Positions 32,192 to 43,202 of a stretch of 64,000 bases of DNA are shown here, piece by piece. Source of the DNA: an uncultured virus (IMG/VR IMGVR_UViG_3300018080_008055) (Duplodnaviria > Heunggongvirae > Uroviricota > Caudoviricetes); the IMG/VR virus record IMGVR_UViG_3300018080_008055, one strand, 5' to 3'. Position 1 is the first letter of the stretch. The number at the start of each line of letters is the position of its first letter. Below the pieces are notes generated by a model. That model had not been told where the DNA came from and ran no database searches. It worked only from the letters and a program-made list of their open reading frames with translations. Made by a program: the position numbers and the translations under genes.

Positions 32192-33383
32192 TTTTTTTTC
32201 CTCCAGGCTTGGCTTTCCTATTGCAATACTCGTTAAAGCATTGAGGATGAGAGATTAGGCCGTCTAGGGCCTTTATGTAAGGAAGATCGATTAATGGTTT
32301 CTTACAATATTTACAGATTAACATTTTAAAGAACTCTTCATACTCTATTGACTTATCCGGTTTATTAATTTCAATATTCTTATTAAGTATTTCCTCATAG
32401 TCTTTAGAGTTAGTAAGCATGATCATATAGCTTTGCTCATATAAAACTAATACAAAATCATCTTTCTTAATATTGGGAATATTACCATAAATAGCTAAAT
32501 ACTTTTTATGTTTAAAAACGGTTTTCCAATATATAGGAACTCCATTTGAAAGCCTTTCTAAATCAGTTAGTATTTTATTTTTATCTTCGGTATTCATTTA
32601 TTTTCCTCTTTAGTTTTTTTCTCTTTAATCTTATGGAGTATTTCGCCAAAAACAAAAAAAACGATTGTTAAACTCCAGGCGATTATTTTATGCAATTTAA
32701 ACATTTGATTACCTCATTAAAATTTTTACTTCAAATATATTGTTTTTTAATAATTTAATTTTTAACGGTCTAGATTTTTCTATATATACTTCTTTTCCAG
32801 GTAAGTCATAGATTTGTTCTATTAAATTATAGCTATCAATATCTTTTGAAAATTGACTTAGCTTAATCTTTCCTATCCCATTAGGAAGTATAGAGCTTAA
32901 AAAATTATATAACTGTTCGTTTTGAAAGAATATAGACAATTATTCTTCATCTCTTATGATTATTTTATTTTGATCTAATATTGCTTTCTCATTATGAAGA
33001 TTAATATTTAGATCATTTAGATTGTGATTAAATAGGAACTTATTACATATTTTATGATCTCCGGCTAAGTCTAAACCTCTTGAAATACATTTGTCTTGGT
33101 TAGATATAAAATAACTACAAGCTAAACAACTGAGGAATTTAGTAATTTTAAGATTTTTAAGGTATTTACGGATTAGGAGAGATTCGATATTCATTATGAA
33201 TATAAAGCAAATCATTATGATTATTTCAAACATTAAAAGGTATAGTAGTAAAAACATAATATCAAAAATTCCTAGAACAATCAAAAAATTTTTAATTTCC
33301 ATATTTTCTTGTTTCTTCTTATAGCCATTAACTATATTCATTATTTTATCCATTGCAATTTTCTCCATTTTGTAATATAACAA
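32184..33383 (-). other. Small hypothetical genes (32184..32597, 32709..32939, 32940..33383, plus a 36 aa ORF at 32594..32704)
   Basis: Contiguous ORFs; CKYC..HPQC motif in the first; TM in 32940..33383. Confidence 0.55.
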
Positions 33384-33539
33384 GAAAAGGAAGAGGTTAT
33401 TAGACCTCTTATTCTTTTCTCTGAAATTCTTTTTCTTTTAGGTTATTACTTTGATTTTTTTTAATACTTAATGCAGAGATCTTTTTACTATAATAGAAAT
33501 AACAGATCTCCAGGTATTCTTTTATTAGTTTAATTAATT

Positions 33540-33842
33540 TCATTTTTTTCTTGAATCTATTAATTTTTTTAATTTCTTTTGAGTCTCAGTTCTAGGTATA
33601 GACTCATTATATTTTACTCCAAGAGTAAGTTCCTTTTTAGAAAGATACTTATGGATATACACTATTTTTAAATCTTTATTTTCTTTTTCAATAACCTTAG
33701 TTAGTTCCTCTATATTCGGTTCATTAGAGTCGTTAGTATGAACTATAATTATCATGTCTGCTTTTTCTAAGTCTGAATCTAAGATATCTTCCGTTAATTC
33801 ATTTTCCTCTCTTATAATTAATTCAGTCATTTTATACCTCAT
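33540..33842 (-). CDS. Hypothetical protein, paralog of 29006..29248
   Basis: LIIREENELT...YIHKYLSKKELTLGVK. Confidence 0.7.
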   Translation of the reverse strand: MRYKMTELIIREENELTEDILDSDLEKADMIIIVHTNDSNEPNIEELTKVIEKENKDLKIVYIHKYLSKKELTLGVKYNESIPRTETQKKLKKLIDSRKK

Positions 33843-34449
33843 TTGGATTTTTTTTTTGCTAATATTTTTTCAAATTCATTTCTGATTTTTACTATCTCCT
33901 CTGGAGTTGTTATAAATACATCACTAGGATAAGTATCAATAAAGAACTCGGCTAAATCGTATAGACCTAATAAAGTACCGTCTTCACTAAAGATTCTTGT
34001 TAATTTCTTTTTTTCTTGATTACTCATTTTGATTAGCCTCATAGAACTTTTTTAAACGGTTCTTATAACTTATCTCTTTTTGATCTAAGATTCCAGGCCT
34101 CCAGATGAAATTACAATCAATACATTTGGAATATTTTAATATATCTAATCTCCCATCAGTAAATTTCTGATCTTGGAATTTCTCTTCTATCTTATTAGAA
34201 TTACAATTCGGGCGTGAAAGGTTTGGAGAGAAACCGTTAAGTTTCTCTCCGGGTGTTTCTCCTTTCTGTTGGGTTGGGTTTGATTTTTTATATTCCTCCA
34301 CTAAAGAATTAAGAACTAACTTACAATATGGAGGTTGATCTAAATTATAATGACAATCGTTTTTGAATTGAACTCCTGCTTTGCATTCGCCTCTGCATAA
34401 ATCGGAGTTATCAGCTTTAGCCGGTAAGTTCATAAAAGTCATTAACAAT

Positions 34450-34824
34450 TTATTCCTCCTTTATTATGATATTATTTATTATTTTAAATTTCAAGTCTTT
34501 TGCTAGAATATGAACTTGAGAGAGAAACCATTTTCTAGAACAACTACAATATTCTAAAGCAAACTCTAGGGGAGTATCTTTGGAGAAATTAAATAATTGA
34601 ATTAGCTTTTTCTTTAGCTCTGGTAAATAAGGTTCTAGTAATCCAATTCTTTTTTTGTCTTCTCTAATTCGTTTTAACATATCAAATATATCCGGTCTAA
34701 TGAAATAATCTGAAATAATCTTTTCAATTACCTCAACCTCATTATCTCCGAATACTCCAATTAATTCCTCTATTATTTTATAGTGAAACTCCATAAGTTC
34801 TATTTCTATTTTTTTAGTTGTCAT
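34450..34824 (-). CDS. Probable ribbon-helix-helix protein
   Basis: KKIEIELMEFHYKIIEELIGVFGDNEVEVIEKIISDYF. Confidence 0.5.
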   Translation of the reverse strand: MTTKKIEIELMEFHYKIIEELIGVFGDNEVEVIEKIISDYFIRPDIFDMLKRIREDKKRIGLLEPYLPELKKKLIQLFNFSKDTPLEFALEYCSCSRKWFLSQVHILAKDLKFKIINNIIIKEE

Positions 34825-35288
34825 TCTGATCCTCTTCTAATTGTTGTTTTAATTTATAGTCTAAAAGAAAAACCAAAAAGAACTAATAAGCCTCTTAGTA
34901 GATTTTCTTTATATAAGTGATCGGAGTATTCCATTTTATTTATCCTCCCATAATTTTTCTCTTTCCATTCTAATATCCCATTCTCCATGAGAATCTTTAT
35001 CGTAAGTGAGGGGAGAGTCTTTTGTTGCTAATATCATAGTCTCAAATCCTCCTAAATGTTTGAAAAGCCAATTGATTCTTTTTTGTATTCTTTTATAATT
35101 TGCTTTCCATTTTAATTTCTGAATTAAATCTTTTAAATGGATTTTAAAAGATTCAGTAAATATTTTAACTACAATATATTGAATATGTTTCCTTATTTCT
35201 AGTAGTATCTTTTTATCTTCTAACTTATCAAAATCCGTTTTTGATAGAATAACCCCTAAATCAATTTTGTATGGTTCTTTCTCACTCA

Positions 35289-35720
35289 TTAATATTTTAC
35301 CTCACTTAGATCGATTATATTCATTCTATTTACAATACTAATTACTTTATCCGGAAGATAAGGAAAGAATTTATTTATACAACCTATACATTTATGAATT
35401 GTTCCGAATGTAGTAATAACATCGTCAAAGATTAAATAGGGTTTACAAAATTTCCCATTAGTAATCATATCTAATTGTGGATCATAACAATATACTGAAG
35501 ACTCTCCAATAGGATAATCAAGTTGTTTAGCAATTTCAAAACCCATTGTTTTAATTCCGACTATGATAAGATCTCTGGCCTCTTTCTTTAGCATTTCAAT
35601 TACTCTCTTCTTATCATACTCAGTTATATTTCTAAAATTATAATATAGGTCGGATTTCGATCCGGAACTTAATTCTTTAGTTCCATATTCAATATATTTG
35701 CATATCCATTTAGCTCTCAT
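35289..35720 (-). CDS. Orotate phosphoribosyltransferase-like type I PRTase (short)
   Basis: ELSSGSKSDLYYNFR and PRPP loop LIFDDVITTFGTI. Confidence 0.75.
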   Translation of the reverse strand: MRAKWICKYIEYGTKELSSGSKSDLYYNFRNITEYDKKRVIEMLKKEARDLIIVGIKTMGFEIAKQLDYPIGESSVYCYDPQLDMITNGKFCKPYLIFDDVITTFGTIHKCIGCINKFFPYLPDKVISIVNRMNIIDLSEVKY

Positions 35721-35729
35721 TTATTTCCT

Positions 35730-37979
35730 CTAATCAATTTTAAATTGTTTATATACTTCGGTTCTTACAATATCCTTTAATAATTTATATAGATGCTTAT
35801 AGATCTTGCATTTATCGTATTGCTGATTATCCTTACATCTAACTGTTTTTTTATTATTGCATATAACGTAAAAGATACAATCTTTAGTCATTAGATCTCC
35901 TCGTAATAATCATTTTCATCTAATTCATAATCATTATATTTTGATTTAAGATTTACTCTTGATCCTCTAAGATTCATTTTTAGTTTTAATAATCTTAGTT
36001 CTTTCTTTTCTAGCTTAGTTTCTTTTTTTCTAATTCTATTGATAGTAGAATCAATATAGTTAATTCGGATTGTTAATAGAGCTTTTCTGAACTTATGTTT
36101 TTTCTCTTTAATCATTATTCTATCCTTTAATTAAATTATTTATTGAATCTATATGGAATATATCAAAGTTATCTAAGTGTTGCAAACAAAGATCTCTAAT
36201 TGATTTTAATTTATTATTTAAGAAAGTATAATATAATTCATTAGATCTTAGATTAGCTTTATCAATTTTATGAAAGCATATAATATCTATTAAGATATGA
36301 ATTATGAATGTAATTAGAGCAATTGTAAATAAGGCTAACCAATCTTCAAAAAGAAAGGTAAACATGGCTATTAGATTAATTATTAAAAGGCTTTGAGAAA
36401 TGAATTTAGTTTCTGAAATTCTTTGAATTTTTATAATTTCAAGTTTTATTTCATTTTCGATATTTATTCCAGGCTTATTGATCAATTTATTTTTCCTCTT
36501 GGTTAAATTCTTTTATTAGCTCTTTAAAAAAATTCAAATCATTACAAATCTTAGTAAATTCGTATTCATGGAAAAAATCTATTAAACATTTGCAGATATG
36601 GTTCAGTTTTTCTTTTCCGGTTGATTCTCTATTCCATTTTAGGTCATTGACAATATCATCGCCAATTTGAACTAATATTGTTTCAAGATTTATTTCCTTT
36701 TCAAAATAGAATCGTGTTGGATAAGTTTTATTTATTTCTCCCATTTAGATCTCCTCAATTTTAATTTGTATGTTTCTGTTTAATTTTGGAATTGACTCAG
36801 AAATTTCTAAATTATATCTTATAATATCTAATATATCTTTAGAATGAACTTGTAGATCTCCTATAGAATTGTTATCCCCTATAGAGTATCTAAGTCTAAA
36901 GTTCTTCTTATGGATAGATAATTCATATTGAAAGTTATGATTGATTTTTTCTTTTGCAGGGTTTTGATTTCTTTTAAATTTCAAAGAAATAATATTATCA
37001 AAAGGATAATCTAATTTAAATTCAATATTATTTTTCAAAAGTAATAAGAGTATTTTTTCTAACAATTTATTTTCCTCCGGTTTTATAATATTGAATACAA
37101 TCTTTTAACACAACTAAACCTTTTTGGTCTTTTACTATTCCGGAATATCTCTCATGCAACTCTAACATAAATTCATAAACATAAAGAATTTCACAATAGA
37201 GAATATATTGTTTGAATCCATGATTATCACAATATAAACGAAAGCCAATTGATTTAACATCCTCTTTATAATTTCTCCATAAATCCCAAAACCAATTATA
37301 ATAATCAGAATCTAAAAGAAACTCAACTACATCTTTCTTTCCATAATAGACTCGGTAATTAGAACCTTTTGTTAATTTCTGTTTAATGGCCATTAGCTTT
37401 AATCTTTCTAAAGGATCTTGTATTGTTGCTAAATTTAATTTGTATATATTAGGGTTTGAATTTTCAAATTCAGTCATTCTTTTATATCTCCTCTAATTCT
37501 TTGTTAGGTTTGCATAAAATTAATTTGCATAATTTTTCTTTAATCTTTTTGAAAGCTATATCTGTATCTATTTCATTTTGTTCTAATTCCTTTAAAACTT
37601 CGTGAATGAAATTTAAAAAAAGGTCTCCAGGTGTTATAAGAGTAAGATCTTTATTATGATATGAGAAATCGGTTAAATTTAATTCCTTACATTCAGAGTA
37701 ATATTCTTTCATATATTGTTTATTGAATGTACAATGATTGCATGGATTATCTACAATTGGAATGAATTGAATGCAATTACAAATACTACAAGTAGATCCT
37801 ATTAATTGGCTATCAATCTCAGTTGCTTTATGATCGAATAGTGAATGATAGCATTTACAGATTAACTTATGATTATTTTTCCAATGGTTTAATTCTATCC
37901 CGGATAACCTGCTTTCTATTTCTTTTAGATTTGGTTTGTATTCTTGCATATTTATTAGACCTCCATTGTTTTGATACAT
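35730..37979 (-). other. Run of small hypothetical genes (53 aa ORF at 35730..35891; track ORFs 35891..36115 to 37482..37979)
   Basis: Contiguous minus-strand ORFs. Confidence 0.6.
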
Positions 37980-38068
37980 TGCTTTTTAAAAATAAATCTA
38001 TATATGAGATAACTTATAAAGCATGAAGAGAATGTTATCAATATATAGAAGAGATACGTGTAATTCAA

Positions 38069-38254
38069 TTATTCTTCCTCCAGAATAGTTGTTCGATATA
38101 GCATGACAAAGTGTCTTAAGGCCGTTCTTACTAAATCTGCATTATCTGAACAAGTTATATTAAACTTATTTTTCATAACATTTTTTAGAGTTTCTATGAA
38201 AGCCAAATCTAGCTTTATATTTGTTTTAACAGTCTTATTCTTTTCTTCAGTCAT
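38069..38254 (-). CDS. Ribbon-helix-helix DNA-binding protein
   Basis: VKTNIKLDLAFIETLK...DNADLVRTALRHFV. Confidence 0.6.
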   Translation of the reverse strand: MTEEKNKTVKTNIKLDLAFIETLKNVMKNKFNITCSDNADLVRTALRHFVMLYRTTILEEE

Positions 38255-38511
38255 TTTTTTTTTTCCTTTAAATGTTTTAATATTATATTCATATTTTTCT
38301 TGAAAGCTATTGGGATTATATAATCTATTTTAAAACTATTTAGTATTCCTTTAACTAGCCGATAATCATATTGCATATTTAGATCTTTTAATTCATCAGC
38401 CAATTTTTCTAAGCTCTCTTTAAATAAATAATGACATGGATCTATTTGATACTCTTTTATTATTTTCAATAATTCCATTGACTTAGATATATTTTCTATC
38501 ATTGTAATCAT
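38251..38511 (-). CDS. Hypothetical protein
   Basis: ORF; first gene after the non-coding block. Confidence 0.5.
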   Translation of the reverse strand: MITMIENISKSMELLKIIKEYQIDPCHYLFKESLEKLADELKDLNMQYDYRLVKGILNSFKIDYIIPIAFKKNMNIILKHLKEKKK

Positions 38512-39128
38512 ATAAGAGTATTAACTTTCTTTCAACAATATATGAAGAAAACAAACTCATATTTAATATTGATCTTTCAGAGGATCAATTGAGGAGTCAT
38601 GGAGGATTAACGGATTTTTGAATAAATGATAAAACAACCTATGCCGTTTTATCCCCTCCAGGATTTTTGAGATTTTTTCAGAGACCGATTATAATTAGAG
38701 TATTAGCTTTCTACTCCTTTCCGTCTTCTACTCATTCCTCCTATCCTCCGGCCTCAGAGAGTCTTTCAACCTCAACAAAAATAGCCTAATGTATATATGG
38801 TATGTTCATAACCCTCCGGCATTTTTCACAATTTCGTAATTCGTATATGAGGATAACATTGGAAAATTTGAACTATACCCCCCCAAATTTAGCAAAATTA
38901 GTTCTGATATAGGACCTATAGATCATATTCTATTAAGAGTATTTGAACCTAGAACGCATTTTTCAAAAATAAAAGTCTATTTGTAAATACCAAAGAAAAT
39001 ATAATCTTATCCAATGATCTTTTATTCATCTTAAAGATTGTTATAATCTTAAAATTTGAATATTCTAGTTAAATTCCAAACAAGAATAAGAGTTTATCCT
39101 TAAAAATAAAAAAAAAAAATAAAAAAAG

Positions 39129-39536
39129 TTAGTCATCTCTAACTCTATTAATCAAATCTTTAATTATCTCGATCATCTTAGCTCTTTTCTTGTTAAAACT
39201 CTTAGCTTTGTCTATATCTTTTTGAAATTTCCAAAGACCTTTACTATCAGCTAATTTCATATTTTCTAGTTGTTTGAGAATTTTGCTATATTGATTAATT
39301 ATTAGATTTTTTTGATCAGGCCTCTTAATTACTTTTCCACCTTTTAATATAGGTTTCATAGTTTTATAAAAGGATTTCTTTTCTTTCTCTATTAGAGCAA
39401 TTATTGTTTTTACTTTAGTATTTTTGTTATATTTCCTAATGTCTATATTCCAATCCCAAGCCTCACTCCATAGAGTTTCATATTGAACACTTGTTAGGTC
39501 GTTAAGAGATTTTTCTTTAAATTTATTAAAATTCAT
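39129..39536 (-). CDS. Basic protein sharing its C-terminal domain with 52363..52782
   Basis: LWKFQKDIDKAKSFNK vs TWKYKSEISKAKKFND. Confidence 0.7.
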   Translation of the reverse strand: MNFNKFKEKSLNDLTSVQYETLWSEAWDWNIDIRKYNKNTKVKTIIALIEKEKKSFYKTMKPILKGGKVIKRPDQKNLIINQYSKILKQLENMKLADSKGLWKFQKDIDKAKSFNKKRAKMIEIIKDLINRVRDD

Positions 39537-39664
39537 AATTAAAAATAGGAATAGAAATTTAAAAAATTATCTTCCGGCGATAGATTTTAATCTAATATTT
39601 GGTATTTTTACTAGAACTCCATTTTAAAATTTTATTAATATTTGTTTTATTTGCTTTTATCATA

Positions 39665-41428
39665 TTATTTCCTCCTAGAGCTTGGAATTTTTCTTTTTTT
39701 CTTTCTTTTCAAATAAAAATTATGTTTCTGTAAATATCTAATTACATTATAAGATACTCCAATAACAACTACTCCAATTAGAAGATAGAGGATAATTTGA
39801 CTTAGATCTAATGGTTCAATAGCCAATTCCGATTCTAATTTTTTATTTTCCTCCTCCTCTTCCTCCGGGATTTCGATAACTATACTTATCGAATTTTCAT
39901 CTCCATTGGAATCATTCGCAAAAAAGGTTATATTTATCAACCCCGAATTGAAAGATAGCCATATAACCGAATCAATAGTTCCGTTATCAGTAAAAAACGT
40001 ATTGTGGCTAGTAAATCCTCCTCCGGATAAAACATACCAGGTTTTATTTAAATTAACACTAAATACAGTAAATACAAAATCCGGAGGAGTTTCTTCATAA
40101 TCGTATGTAGATAATACAAGAGAAATGTCTGGATAATCAATACCATCATTCCAGAGAGGAAAGTAATCGGCCCAATCCATAGACCAATAAACATAAGGAA
40201 TATCACCAATTCCATTATCATCACCATCAGATCCAGTATAATCAGAATAGTAATTATGACTATAATTACTAAATATGCTATTATCTCTAATTGAGATAAA
40301 ATTCTCATCAGTAAAATTATTATAATAAAACGTAATATTAGATGAAGTAATTTTAATATCTATAAGAAAGAGATGAATTCCATGAAAGTAGTTGTGGATA
40401 AAGGAGGAATTAAAAGAGTTGTCTATCTCTATTCCATATTCAAGATTATAAAATTCATTATTTTGAAATAATGAGTTATTTACATTATCCATTTCAATAC
40501 CGTAAGTTCCAGAACCCAATATATCATGTATCTTATTATTTTCTAATGTTATATTAACTACATGAGAAATATAAACTACGGTGACATAATCAGAATTCAT
40601 ATCATTATTATACAAACTTATATTATAACTAAAACTGATACGAACGCAAGAAGATGATTCTTTAAAGATACTTGTATTGACTATTGCAAAATTACAATAA
40701 GAAAAAGACATGCTATTTCCACCGATAAAGGTTGAGTTATCTATTAATGTATAATTACAATGATAAAGATAAAGAGAGTTATAATAACCACCAGAAGTTT
40801 CAAATATAGAACCTCTAATTGTTAGATTAATGCATCTACTCAGATAAGATTTACTGAAATTACTCGAAATAATGTTAGTATCGTTGGAATAGGAAACGGA
40901 AAGCCCACTTCCCATTACATACGTGTCTCCTATTCTTGTCTTATTAATTGTTATATTATTCGCATATTTAATAACAATTCCATTATAAACACTTACATCC
41001 TCATCTGTTTTAATCCCTTCAAAATATCCATTACTAACATTAAAACAATAGACAAACGCATAATCTAAATCTACATTTGCATTAAGCAGAGTAATATTCC
41101 TGAATTCAAAATAATCTTTAGTATCTTTTATGTAAATACAACAATTAATTTCATTCGCATTAATAGTTAGATTCTCTATTAAATAAGGATCTTCTTTAGT
41201 TCCACTACCTGAACAAAAATCATAATGGGATTCAGTATCACTAAAATTATTTAAAATGATTAATGGAGAATCTAATTCCCAATCCAAATTGGTTTTTAAC
41301 CCTTTAAGTGAAAAAGTATTTTCTTTAGCCTTAATATCTTTTTTAATTGAATAATTATAATTATCTAATCTTAAACATGCGATAATAAATAATGCAATAA
41401 GCATTACAATTTTATATTTTTTTTTCAT
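39665..41428 (-). CDS. Right-handed beta-helix (NosD/CASH-like) surface protein, type I membrane, ending SRRK
   Basis: Signal peptide; GSGTKEDPYLIENLTI; Asn-rich repeats; NYYSDYTGSDGDDNGIGDIPY; Ig-like FFANDSNG; C-terminal TM. Confidence 0.85.
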   Translation of the reverse strand: MKKKYKIVMLIALFIIACLRLDNYNYSIKKDIKAKENTFSLKGLKTNLDWELDSPLIILNNFSDTESHYDFCSGSGTKEDPYLIENLTINANEINCCIYIKDTKDYFEFRNITLLNANVDLDYAFVYCFNVSNGYFEGIKTDEDVSVYNGIVIKYANNITINKTRIGDTYVMGSGLSVSYSNDTNIISSNFSKSYLSRCINLTIRGSIFETSGGYYNSLYLYHCNYTLIDNSTFIGGNSMSFSYCNFAIVNTSIFKESSSCVRISFSYNISLYNNDMNSDYVTVVYISHVVNITLENNKIHDILGSGTYGIEMDNVNNSLFQNNEFYNLEYGIEIDNSFNSSFIHNYFHGIHLFLIDIKITSSNITFYYNNFTDENFISIRDNSIFSNYSHNYYSDYTGSDGDDNGIGDIPYVYWSMDWADYFPLWNDGIDYPDISLVLSTYDYEETPPDFVFTVFSVNLNKTWYVLSGGGFTSHNTFFTDNGTIDSVIWLSFNSGLINITFFANDSNGDENSISIVIEIPEEEEEENKKLESELAIEPLDLSQIILYLLIGVVVIGVSYNVIRYLQKHNFYLKRKKKRKIPSSRRK

Positions 41429-41475
41429 GTTAGATAGTAAGATTATAAAAATAAAAATATTAAGGAGAAAAAAAA

Positions 41476-42327
41476 TTATTTTCTTCTAGATTTGCTTTTT
41501 GGCTTACGGTTTGAGACTTTAATTGATACTTTCTTCTTTCTTAAGAAAATTATTAACCCAATAGATAACGGAATAAAGATTAATAGTAAGATAATTAAAA
41601 TTAAATTGTCTTCTAGCCAATTTGGAATTATTTCTTCCTCCTCCGGTTCTTTGTCATATTGAACGTAATCTATAGCAAGAGGTTCTCCCTCGCCTCCAGT
41701 ATTAGTCAAAAAGAAAAGATCGAGTTTTAGATCATATTTGTTAAGATCCTCGCCTAGATCTTCAGAATCTAAAATTATTGTAATAGTCTTATTATCTTCA
41801 CTTAGTATTAAAGTTTCATTGTATTCATATTCATCAATATTGTACTCAATTACCTCATCTTCATTATTTATAATATATGTAAAAACCGGTATTCTCTCAT
41901 CAAATCCCATTCCTGCATATATTATATTATCTTCACTACAATTAATCATAAGTAAAATATATTGAGTTTTACTTATGTTAAGTTCTTTTGCAATCTCAAA
42001 TTCAATTTCAATAGTATCCTCTTCATCTTTAATTCTTAATTCTTCAATATCTAAATCTTCCCATAGATCATCGTCGGTATAATCCTCTTCATCTAGATCC
42101 TCATAAGAATCAAGTAAATTATCAAATAATTCCACTGCATATTCAGAGTCATTGCTAGAAACTAACAGTTCTAACGGTATTATATCATTAAATTGATTTA
42201 AATACACATCCCCTGTTTCATCCTCAATAGTAATATCGGAGAAAGCATGTATATTGGGAATTGTACTTAAGATTAAAAGAAGAATTAACGGTCCTAATGC
42301 AGTAAAATAGATTAATTTTCTTTTCAT
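41476..42327 (-). CDS. Acidic type I membrane protein ending SRRK
   Basis: Signal peptide, D/E-rich ectodomain, C-terminal TM, KPKSKSRRK-stop. Confidence 0.75.
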   Translation of the reverse strand: MKRKLIYFTALGPLILLLILSTIPNIHAFSDITIEDETGDVYLNQFNDIIPLELLVSSNDSEYAVELFDNLLDSYEDLDEEDYTDDDLWEDLDIEELRIKDEEDTIEIEFEIAKELNISKTQYILLMINCSEDNIIYAGMGFDERIPVFTYIINNEDEVIEYNIDEYEYNETLILSEDNKTITIILDSEDLGEDLNKYDLKLDLFFLTNTGGEGEPLAIDYVQYDKEPEEEEIIPNWLEDNLILIILLLIFIPLSIGLIIFLRKKKVSIKVSNRKPKSKSRRK

Positions 42328-42344
42328 TTTGTTTAATCCTCTTT

Positions 42345-43124
42345 TTAATAGAAATTTTCTAAATCTTCAATACTTACATCTTTTACTAGCATTGAGATAT
42401 AAAGTTCATCTAAACAAACCTCAATATCCTCCGGTTGCCAATGAGAAGAGGCCGTAATATTAAAATAGAGGCCTAACAAAGCATTAGTACCGGGAAAACC
42501 ACTTTCTGTAATCGCCGTTAGATTAAAGCTAGGATGAGAAATTAAATTTATTGACTGATTGTGCCATTGATCATCTCCAAAGGTATTGACTAAGAATAAT
42601 GGATTTTGAGATAAGCCCTCACTAATATTAAGATAACCGACTTCATAAACCACATCAGAGGTTTGATTAAATTTTATTTCATACGTTAGGTTCATTTCAA
42701 TAATATCCTCAGCTTTTTCATTAAACCAATTACAGTCAAAAATTAATAGAATATTTCCGGTCGGAGTTATTGTCATATTATAAATTATCCCATCATTTCT
42801 TAAATGAGAAAGTAAATTACCCTCGCCATTAAAGGTTATGTTTGTCTCGTCAGTAAGGAAATAATCTAAATCAACCCTCATTGTAAGGTTTTCAGTTAAG
42901 ATCTCTAAACATTCTTCGCAATCCTCACATTCCTCCTCGCAATCCTCACATTCCTGCCCCTCTGAGTCATTACATATAATAGATACATTTGGTCTAGGCC
43001 AAAACATACCGGCCAAGAAGATAAGAGCTAATACAGATATGACTAAAATTCCGGCTTTCATTACTTGGTTATTTTGTCTAAGTGTTTTTGAACCAATTGA
43101 TTTCTTTCTTCGTGATTTTTTCAT
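42345..43124 (-). CDS. Single-TM glycoprotein with N-terminal SRRK and Cys/acidic stalk
   Basis: MKKSRRKK, TM, ECEDCEEECEDCEEC. Confidence 0.75.
   Translation of the reverse strand: MKKSRRKKSIGSKTLRQNNQVMKAGILVISVLALIFLAGMFWPRPNVSIICNDSEGQECEDCEEECEDCEECLEILTENLTMRVDLDYFLTDETNITFNGEGNLLSHLRNDGIIYNMTITPTGNILLIFDCNWFNEKAEDIIEMNLTYEIKFNQTSDVVYEVGYLNISEGLSQNPLFLVNTFGDDQWHNQSINLISHPSFNLTAITESGFPGTNALLGLYFNITASSHWQPEDIEVCLDELYISMLVKDVSIEDLENFY
42909..42955. repeat. Short in-frame tandem repeat encoding ECEDCEE
   Basis: CGCAATCCTCACATTCCT occurs twice with a 21 bp period. Confidence 0.75.
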
Positions 43125-43202
43125 AATTAATCAAATAAAATCTTTTAATTAAGAGTTAGATTAAGTCTCTAATAAATTTTAATATAAAAAAAAATAAAAA
43201 AA

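Noticed and set aside
38840..38960. tRNA gene or Orc1/Cdc6 ORB box in the non-coding block
   Set aside because: No cloverleaf or T-loop consensus; the C7 run lacks the rest of the ORB consensus and no cdc6 gene is present.
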